From contig JAZDJN010000048.1 of NCBI GenBank assembly GCA_043803945.1, positions 1 through 64,000 of the forward strand: a stretch of DNA of 64,000 bases, read 5' to 3'. Positions 11,122-17,778 of the stretch are shown here, piece after piece; the first letter of the stretch is position 1; every line of letters begins with the position of its first letter. The position numbers were made by a program, and so were the translations under genes. The stretch is from a bacterium. GTDB taxonomy: Bacteria > Bacteroidota > Ignavibacteria > UBA10030. The notes below the pieces were generated by a model, which did no database searches, was not told the origin of the DNA, and saw nothing but the letters and a program-made list of their open reading frames with translations.

Positions 11122-11345
11122 ATCTATTAGCAATGAGTTCCCGTCCGATACTAATGGAATGCCCCTCACACTCATTCCGGCCTTCCGTTGCCTTGCAGTA
11201 TGTGAAGGGCACTCACACTTGTTGCTTTCGGAAGTTTTGAATGATAAACTGCGCTGCAAATATACACAACAATGCTGGCCATTGCAAGATAATGATTCCA
11301 GGTTACCTCGTTCCTCTGTGCGTGCAGAACTTTTTCGCTACCACT

Positions 11346-11630
11346 TCACCAAAGCCCCTGTATCGTGCCTTTCCAATATTCGATTGCCCTCGAAACATTC
11401 TCCTGATAGAATGTTTCCTCTTCCGGTTCAAGGGGGTCAAACTCTTCCGGCCCGCGTGTCTTTTCGTAACAAGGAAACATAAATTCAAGTTCACCGTGAA
11501 AAGAACTCGGATCCGTGCCCGTCTTTTTTAGATACAACCCATAAATTCGACCGGCAACCTCTGGAGTGCATGGGGGCAAATTCACCGGGATAGCCCTCTC
11601 AAGATTCTCAACTCTTTGCTTAATGTTCAT
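11346..11630 (-). CDS. Hypothetical element protein
   Basis: ATG 11630 with AGGGA RBS, overlaps the upstream gene; last gene of the operon. Confidence 0.7.
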   Translation of the reverse strand: MNIKQRVENLERAIPVNLPPCTPEVAGRIYGLYLKKTGTDPSSFHGELEFMFPCYEKTRGPEEFDPLEPEEETFYQENVSRAIEYWKGTIQGLW

Positions 11631-11880
11631 ATCGTTCCCTTGCTGTTGTTTCAAGTTTTTCTATTCGCTCTTCAAGCTCTGTTACTTCGAGAGCCTTTAT
11701 AAGCATCGAAGCCATCATCACACGCTTATAGAATGTATTATCCCCCCCTCCCTGCTCAGCTCTTCGAATACAGGAAGAAATATACCGGCAAACATCCCTT
11801 GCGCTTTTCAAGCGAATTCGCTGCCGGGGCTTTGGTAGATGCTCTGATGTTGCTTTCTTCCGTTCTTTTTTAGATGCCAT
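11620..11880 (-). CDS. Small helical element protein (C-terminal ELEERIEKLE coiled coil)
   Basis: Operonic, AAGG RBS-like sequence; motif reminiscent of small proteins in integrated elements; function unknown. Confidence 0.75.
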   Translation of the reverse strand: MASKKERKKATSEHLPKPRQRIRLKSARDVCRYISSCIRRAEQGGGDNTFYKRVMMASMLIKALEVTELEERIEKLETTARERYEH

Positions 11881-11915
11881 TTTCTACCTTTAAGCTATCA
11901 ATAATTGCCTTTTAC

Positions 11916-12845
11916 TTATGCAAATATTGCACCCTGTTGCATTGCTTCACTTGCCCTCACCTTGAAGCTGATTTCTTGTGTGAGATTTTTCCCTGTGTGT
12001 GAGAGCATCTCTGCTCGCTCAGATTCTGAGAGATACGGTGCAAGGCCTGCTATTCGGATATACTCAACCCCGGAATCTACTTCTGTTTTGAATTCATCTA
12101 TCATCACTAAAATCTTTTCGATGCCCGCAACCTTGCTCTGGATTTCTTCCAGCTTCTCATTGCCCTTGAATGAGTTTACTATCTCGTTGATACCGGCAAT
12201 TAAACCCTTCTGTGTTTCGCTTGGCTTAGGTTGCCCGCTTATATCTCTTGGAATATTTGAAAGGATGTTTTCTATGAGGGTGAAAGCAAAATCATTTCTT
12301 CCAAGATCAAAAGCGTTTTGAATTGCTTTTGTGATTGCCTCCGAAGTATGAGGAGTAGAGAGAAAGAGGAGGGCTGAATTGACTTGAGCTTCTCCCATAG
12401 CTTGAAGGGTTGTATCACCGTTCGTGAGGTTTGGATATTTAACCTTTTGGCTATTTCGAAGAAGATTCTTTTTCTCATTCAAGATGTTTGTTGCTAATGA
12501 ATTCACCTTCGACTTGTATGCCTCAACGGTTGAACTCTTTGCCTTTTTAATTTCCTCGCTCTGATAATCGGCTGTGTAGTTTTGGAAATTCCTGTTCTCC
12601 TTACTGAGCCTGGCAGGAATGCCTTGCATTTCTCTGTTGAATGAATTGCGAAGCTCTGCGAGTGATTTTATATTTGTGTTCATAAAACCTCCATTGAAAT
12701 GAATTGATGTATTGATTAGGGTTTGGTTTTTGATTCTTTGAATTCTATTGAGTTGTTGATACTCATCAAACGACAATTCTCCCATAGTGAACAAATCATA
12801 GAGCTGTTCGGGATCATCAATATCTAACCTTGTTGAGTAGTTCAT
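11916..12845 (-). CDS. Hypothetical alpha-helical element protein
   Basis: 309-aa ORF; second start at ATG 12683 with GGAGG RBS. Confidence 0.75.
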   Translation of the reverse strand: MNYSTRLDIDDPEQLYDLFTMGELSFDEYQQLNRIQRIKNQTLINTSIHFNGGFMNTNIKSLAELRNSFNREMQGIPARLSKENRNFQNYTADYQSEEIKKAKSSTVEAYKSKVNSLATNILNEKKNLLRNSQKVKYPNLTNGDTTLQAMGEAQVNSALLFLSTPHTSEAITKAIQNAFDLGRNDFAFTLIENILSNIPRDISGQPKPSETQKGLIAGINEIVNSFKGNEKLEEIQSKVAGIEKILVMIDEFKTEVDSGVEYIRIAGLAPYLSESERAEMLSHTGKNLTQEISFKVRASEAMQQGAIFA

Positions 12846-13275
12846 CTTCGAGATAGAAATGTTTGATTGAGATTCTTTTAATATCTTGTAAAGGAATTAT
12901 TTTCATGAGACTTGCATCATAATCGCCACCGGCCTTTACCTTGCCACATTCGAAACACAACCTTATGAGATCTACGGTATTCATCTCATAGCACTGGATA
13001 CCGTTTCCATCTGGAACAAGATGTAACCATTTAGAAGCCTCCGTTTCGAGTATTCCCGTTGCTTTGTTTCTTCGAGTATCCCAATACTCTATGGCTGCGT
13101 TTAGTGTTGAACGTGCCATAGAATCAAATTTTATCTCCCAGGTGCTACCATCGGAAAAGCGAATGTCCCACTTCGGAGCGAAGCCAATGCTCACCGTTGA
13201 TGCACCATGCTCACCTTCGAAATACCGGGCAATAATACACTGTAAAATATCCGCTGATGTAAATTGACTACGCAT
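12817..13275 (-). CDS. Putative PD-(D/E)xK-type nuclease
   Basis: WDI...WEIKFD motif followed by N..IEY; overlaps both neighbours. Confidence 0.55.
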   Translation of the reverse strand: MRSQFTSADILQCIIARYFEGEHGASTVSIGFAPKWDIRFSDGSTWEIKFDSMARSTLNAAIEYWDTRRNKATGILETEASKWLHLVPDGNGIQCYEMNTVDLIRLCFECGKVKAGGDYDASLMKIIPLQDIKRISIKHFYLEDELLNKVRY

Positions 13276-13636
13276 GACAAGTGCAAACCTTAAAAGTGTC
13301 ATCTACCAACTTACCGCAATCACAACAAATGTACGAACGGAGCCACCAAGCTCGCTGGCGTAATTCCTGGAGACGCTCTTCCGTCAACGGATTGCCATTT
13401 TCATCTGTAGCTTTTCTAGAATTTGACACGTTTGCAGTTTCAGATTTATTGAACGGTGCACTAACCTCCAGGCTCTTCTTCAAATATTGCATTGGATGAA
13501 GAACAGATGGAGTGAGCTTCGATGCAATTTTATGAACCGTTGCCTTGCCGTATGTCTCAATAAATTCCGTTAAAGCTTTGAGGTCATCGGCAGCGAGGGT
13601 TTTTTGTGTGTTCGTCTGAATAATGTTAACTAACAT
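13268..13636 (-). CDS. Hypothetical protein with C-terminal Cys cluster (CCDC..CTC)
   Basis: 122-aa ORF overlapping the DUF4373 gene end; possible Zn ribbon. Confidence 0.65.
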   Translation of the reverse strand: MLVNIIQTNTQKTLAADDLKALTEFIETYGKATVHKIASKLTPSVLHPMQYLKKSLEVSAPFNKSETANVSNSRKATDENGNPLTEERLQELRQRAWWLRSYICCDCGKLVDDTFKVCTCHA

Positions 13637-14210
13637 TCTTCACCTGCAAGGAATTCATGATGGTGGCAATGTGGAGCGGTTCGTTTGTTCTTCGAAGAGA
13701 ATTAATATCAACATCAACGCTTCTGTCTGTTGTTTGATTTTCCTTTTCTGTTTTGTTTGATGTTGTTTGATTTTCTTTTCTTTCCTTTTCTTTTATTTCC
13801 TCCGTTTCTGTGGTGGTTTCTGCGTTTGAAACTCGTTTCGAGTAGGAAATACGGGCGTTTTCTCGTTTTCCGGTTACCGCTTTCTTCCTTCGTTCTGTAC
13901 CCAATGAAAAAATAACTCGTTTTAATGTGTACTTTCTCTCGTTAAAAAGGTGAAGTGATAGACAAAGTTTGAGTATCGAATTGAACTCTTCGGGCGTCAA
14001 TCCGAGGAAGGCAGAGAGAACATCAATTGAATTTCCATTCGAAAGATCTAAGCGACAACCGGGTGAACGGTAGATTCTTTCGAGCATAGCAAAATAAAAA
14101 CCGTAACCCTTCAAGCCGTAGATGGAGCGAAGTGCAAGTATCTTATCATCGGTGAGTGCATCGCAATCATGCGGGAAATAATCTAATCCGTTTTTTCGTG
14201 GTCGTGCCAT
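13626..14210 (-). CDS. DUF4373 / Lin1244-like phage replication initiator-type protein
   Basis: N-terminus MARPRKNGLDYFPHD...YGLKGYGFYFAMLERIY; GAGG RBS. Confidence 0.8.
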   Translation of the reverse strand: MARPRKNGLDYFPHDCDALTDDKILALRSIYGLKGYGFYFAMLERIYRSPGCRLDLSNGNSIDVLSAFLGLTPEEFNSILKLCLSLHLFNERKYTLKRVIFSLGTERRKKAVTGKRENARISYSKRVSNAETTTETEEIKEKERKENQTTSNKTEKENQTTDRSVDVDINSLRRTNEPLHIATIMNSLQVKNVS

Positions 14211-14225
14211 TTAACCCTCAAAATG

Positions 14226-14339
14226 AAAAAGCCGAGAAGAAGGAAACGGAGTAGAAACCTTCTTCCCGGCTGAATGTTGAAATTATATTTTGAATGATTT
14301 CCAATACTTGCTCCGTTATTTTAGCCAGAGTAAGTATTG
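14226..14339 (-). promoter_or_regulatory. Structured leader with terminator hairpin upstream of the DUF4373 operon
   Basis: Hairpin 14231-14270 followed by TTTTT; second hairpin 14302-14339; AACGGAG/CTCCGTT complementarity between them. Confidence 0.6.
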
Positions 14340-14352
14340 CATTCTCTATGCC

Positions 14353-14452
14353 ATTCGGAGTGGCAATAAAAAACCCCTAGAAAAATCAGGGGTTATATAT
14401 CTCCGAATAAAACTATTTCGGAACGTGCAAACTCCGAATAATATTATTCGGA
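14353..14452. promoter_or_regulatory. Operator-like palindromes built on TCCGAA half-sites
   Basis: Perfect 20-bp palindrome TCCGAATAATATTATTCGGA (14433-14452), imperfect copy 14402-14422, lone half-site 14353-14360. Confidence 0.65.
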
Positions 14453-14454
14453 AT

Positions 14455-15228
14455 TCATTTTCGCCTTAATTTTCTTACCCATAATTGATGTTGTTCTGCA
14501 TGTATTTTAGCTGTGTCTGGATCAATATGAAACCTTTTTCCAATTTGAGACCAATTTGGCTCGCCATTTGGTAACTTCAATTCATTGATTGCGCGCTGGA
14601 GTTGTGTTTTATCTGTAAGTATGGGAGGCCTTCCTAATCTTTTAATTGGAATTTCCGGTTTGGCTCTACTCTTATACTTCTGAGATTCTAATATCCGCTC
14701 TAATTCGATTTTGTTTTCTCTTTCTTCATTGTAGAACCCTTTCAGCTTATCAAGTGCTCGCTGCGCAGCCCTATAATTATCGCTCGGTATTAAATCTTCC
14801 TGCTTAATGAATTCTATAAAGTTGCTCATTCCTTCACTACGAGCTTTTGATGCAGTCTCAAATAATATATTAGCGTAACTTGAAAATATATTGATGATTA
14901 TTGAAGCATTCTTCGTTGAGAATGGTACAGATTCCAAAAGGATGCTCATTTGAATGAATATCGTTCTCCATTTATCGATAATCCAAGCTTCAGCTTTTTT
15001 AATTCCTCCATGTTTTAATTCTTTTTGAAATTCCCTGTTTCTTGGTACGCCCAAAGCATCAGCCCAAACATTGAGAATATCCTTCTCTAATTTGGTTAGA
15101 AGATCTTTGGTTGTTTTGATCCCGCTGAGATAATTTTCAATTTCTCTTTTACCATGTATGACAGGAGTATTTATTATCCATTTGCTTCGTGCAAGTATTT
15201 TCCATGAATCCATCTTTTTATCGGCCAT
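14455..15228 (-). CDS. Hypothetical protein with C-terminal helix-turn-helix
   Basis: GRPP followed by NWSQIGKRFHIDPDTAK HTH-like segment; TAATG coupling to the upstream gene. Confidence 0.7.
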   Translation of the reverse strand: MADKKMDSWKILARSKWIINTPVIHGKREIENYLSGIKTTKDLLTKLEKDILNVWADALGVPRNREFQKELKHGGIKKAEAWIIDKWRTIFIQMSILLESVPFSTKNASIIINIFSSYANILFETASKARSEGMSNFIEFIKQEDLIPSDNYRAAQRALDKLKGFYNEERENKIELERILESQKYKSRAKPEIPIKRLGRPPILTDKTQLQRAINELKLPNGEPNWSQIGKRFHIDPDTAKIHAEQHQLWVRKLRRK

Positions 15229-16274
15229 TACATTTCTCCAAAATATTTGTAATTATTTGGTAATATCAAGTTACAGCCGATACCATTTTGAAGTAAATGA
15301 ATGAGCGATTGAGGAGAATTATATCTTTCACCATTCACTTTTGAAGCTATTTCACCCGCTGTTCCCCAATATTTACCATTTACATGCCCGCGAACCATAT
15401 TTAATATTCTTCCATCAGTAGTCTTCCCCTTTATAGCTCCGGGACCATTCGCTTGATAGAATTCTCTATGTGTTGTAGTGCTTTGGCCTTGCGCACTCAA
15501 GCTGCCATCCTCTAGAAAATAAAGACATGGATTAAATGTTCCGAACGAAACGGTTACTGACAAAGTATCTTTGAAAGTATAGGTCATATTGAACGTATAG
15601 GTATATCCCTGATAATGAAAAGTTGTGGATAGTTTTTGGCTGTCATTAATCTTCCAAAGATTTTTCATATATGGTATTGGTATATCAAACATTATTCTAG
15701 ATTCGCCATGGGGGGTAAAACCACAATAACCATTTTCGTTATAGTAATATAAATCCCCACCATTGATCTCCATAACAATGTATCTATACCCGGATATTGT
15801 CTCGTATCGCTTAAATTTCTCCCATGAATTATCAGACCATGTCTTTGTATATAAGCTGTCAAATGTTTGACCATACGCACGTATATCAATGGGTGGTCTA
15901 GAGTTCTTGATAGTCACTGAAATTAAGCTTGAAGAACCAATGTTGTTCATAGCATCATAAGCTAATACGAAGATAGTATGTACACTATTATCTGCCAATT
16001 CAGGGAAATACCATTTATATTCCCACGGACTGAGTGCTCTACTAAGTCTTAGATCACCGTCGATATAGAACTCCACTTTCTCAACCTTAATATTATCTCT
16101 TACATCAACAATAATTGTTATCGAATCTGAAATAACTTGATTGTAGTAGGGAGAGACTACGGAAACGTTTGGGGGAGATTTATCTGTTGTGTCTACTGGA
16201 TTACTCTTTTCAGAATTGCAGTTCAGACATAACACGGCAAATAATGCAATCGCATAGATTATAAAAGATTTCAT
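15228..16274 (-). CDS. Putative lipoprotein with bacterial Ig-like domain (element cargo)
   Basis: Signal peptide ending at Cys (LCLNC); DKSPPNVSVVSP...VEKVEFYIDG...HTIFVLAYDAMNNIG Ig-like pattern; GGGGGA RBS. Confidence 0.82.
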   Translation of the reverse strand: MKSFIIYAIALFAVLCLNCNSEKSNPVDTTDKSPPNVSVVSPYYNQVISDSITIIVDVRDNIKVEKVEFYIDGDLRLSRALSPWEYKWYFPELADNSVHTIFVLAYDAMNNIGSSSLISVTIKNSRPPIDIRAYGQTFDSLYTKTWSDNSWEKFKRYETISGYRYIVMEINGGDLYYYNENGYCGFTPHGESRIMFDIPIPYMKNLWKINDSQKLSTTFHYQGYTYTFNMTYTFKDTLSVTVSFGTFNPCLYFLEDGSLSAQGQSTTTHREFYQANGPGAIKGKTTDGRILNMVRGHVNGKYWGTAGEIASKVNGERYNSPQSLIHLLQNGIGCNLILPNNYKYFGEM

Positions 16275-16406
16275 TTCAATCCCCCTTCCTGTAATCCGTT
16301 AAGCACAAAATCCTCTTTCATCGCTCGTCACGAATTCAGAGGTTTCCTCATTCACCACGTCCGTCCCTTCACCCTGAAAACGCCGTGGAATAATTTTGCT
16401 TGCTTT

Positions 16407-16435
16407 AACTTAGCCATTAACTATTCATCTGTCAA
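16407..16435 (-). promoter_or_regulatory. Sigma70-type promoter for the lipoprotein-HTH operon
   Basis: TTGACA-17 nt-TAAGTT. Confidence 0.6.
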
Positions 16436-16505
16436 GTATGCATGGGATAGCCTGTATTTACACCATATTCCTTCCATATATCGCTTATAGGGAAAGATCT
16501 CACCC

Positions 16506-17531
16506 TCAGTTGAGTTCTATGTGTAACCTGTTCACTGTTTTGTGTAGCTCGCTCGCTGCCAGGTGAGAATAAATTTGAGTAACCGCTATGCTGCTATGGC
16601 CTAATAACTTTTGAATCTCGTATATTGGCACTCCGTCCTGAACGAGCCACGTTGCAAATGTATGCCTCAATGAATGGAAATGTAAACGCTTGTCAATCAA
16701 TTTTGCCGAAATGACAGCATCCTTAAAAGCATGTGTAAGCCAGTCCTCACTTATTTTTTGTCCATTCAAAAGGAATACATACTCACCATAAACTTTGCTG
16801 CACTTCGAATGCAATAAATATATTGCGGTCTCGCTTAATGGTATTACTCTTCGTTTGCCTTGCTTTGTTCTGAATGTAGGATTGCTTTGAACTGTGATAA
16901 CCTTCCGTGGTAAGTCAACATCGCTCCAACGTAAGTTTATTATCTCGCCCCTGCGCAATCCGGTCAATGTGGCAAAGAGCACAACCTCCCTGAGGCATTG
17001 TTCTTTAATGATGTTCATCAATTTCTGAAAATCGTCACGGGTAAAGAAAATCGGAGTCTGTTCCGGCACCATCACAAGCTTGAGCCCGGAGAAGGGATTT
17101 TTTTCAATGAGATTCCAACGCAATGCGGTATTGAGAAAAGCTCGAAGTGTCCGCAGCTCAATGTTTACAGTGACCGGTGAAATTGCCTCTAATCGTTTGA
17201 TGCGGTATAAATCGAAATGTTTTGCGGTGACCTTCGAGAGGGGTATATTTCCTGTCACCACTAAAAAATGATTGAGGGCTAACTCATAGAGGTATACCGT
17301 TCCGGGTGAATAGTTTCCCCTGGCATATTGGAGAAACTCACGAATGAATTGTTCTAAATTTTTGGGGATTTGTTTTGCACGGAGCAAAGTCTCAAACTCA
17401 GTGAGGGCTCGGAGTGCCTCTCGTTTGTGAGTTTGTCCGGTGGATTTCCAACGGATCTTACCCTCATCGGTAAAGAGGATATACCAAAATCCGTTTGAAC
17501 GCTTGAAGAGTGAAAGCTTGCTGATGGCCAT
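16506..17531 (-). CDS. Tyrosine recombinase/integrase with N-terminal arm-binding-like domain
   Basis: TGLRRGEI, HSLRH, LGHS and terminal Tyr (TQIY); ATG 17531 with AAAGGA RBS (ORF open from 17567). Confidence 0.95.
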   Translation of the reverse strand: MAISKLSLFKRSNGFWYILFTDEGKIRWKSTGQTHKREALRALTEFETLLRAKQIPKNLEQFIREFLQYARGNYSPGTVYLYELALNHFLVVTGNIPLSKVTAKHFDLYRIKRLEAISPVTVNIELRTLRAFLNTALRWNLIEKNPFSGLKLVMVPEQTPIFFTRDDFQKLMNIIKEQCLREVVLFATLTGLRRGEIINLRWSDVDLPRKVITVQSNPTFRTKQGKRRVIPLSETAIYLLHSKCSKVYGEYVFLLNGQKISEDWLTHAFKDAVISAKLIDKRLHFHSLRHTFATWLVQDGVPIYEIQKLLGHSSIAVTQIYSHLAASELHKTVNRLHIELN

Positions 17532-17588
17532 TGCTAACATCCTTTCTATTAGCAATTCCATTAGCATTCGGAAGGAATCTTAAATTTT

Positions 17589-17660
17589 TTGAACCCCCAC
17601 GGGTTTCCCCACTAGCTCCTAAGGCTAGCGCGTCTGCCAGTTTCGCCATCCACCCGTGAA
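17589..17660 (-). pseudogene. 3'-truncated tRNA-Leu copy (integrase-proximal att junction)
   Basis: First 67 nt of the tRNA plus 5 nt of leader; breaks off in the T loop (GGGGGTTCAA then AAAATTTA). Confidence 0.92.
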
Positions 17661-17667
17661 TGTAAAG

Positions 17668-17706
17668 AAAAATCCTCAGCGTCCAATCGACTTGAGGATT
17701 TTTTTT
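17668..17706. terminator. Terminator-like hairpin just upstream of the truncated tRNA
   Basis: AAAAATCCTCA...TGAGGATTTTT inverted repeat with T-tracts on both strands. Confidence 0.55.
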
Positions 17707-17778
17707 GGCCGGAAAATATATAAAGAATTGACGCAAAAACAAAGAGTTGAGGCAAATTGAGGCCGGTTGTCTGGGATG

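Larger units (their letters stand above)
11006..17660. mobile_element. Small tyrosine-integrase element (satellite/PICI-like) integrated in tRNA-Leu; predicted circle 6583 bp
   Basis: 72-bp direct repeats (11006-11077, 17589-17660; one mismatch), integrase at one end, DUF4373 gene, all genes on the minus strand, visibly more AT-rich than the flanks (not computed). Confidence 0.92.

Noticed and set aside
11078-17588. Apparent lack of CTGCAG in the element as restriction avoidance
   Set aside because: Too short and AT-rich for absence to be informative; scan was by eye.
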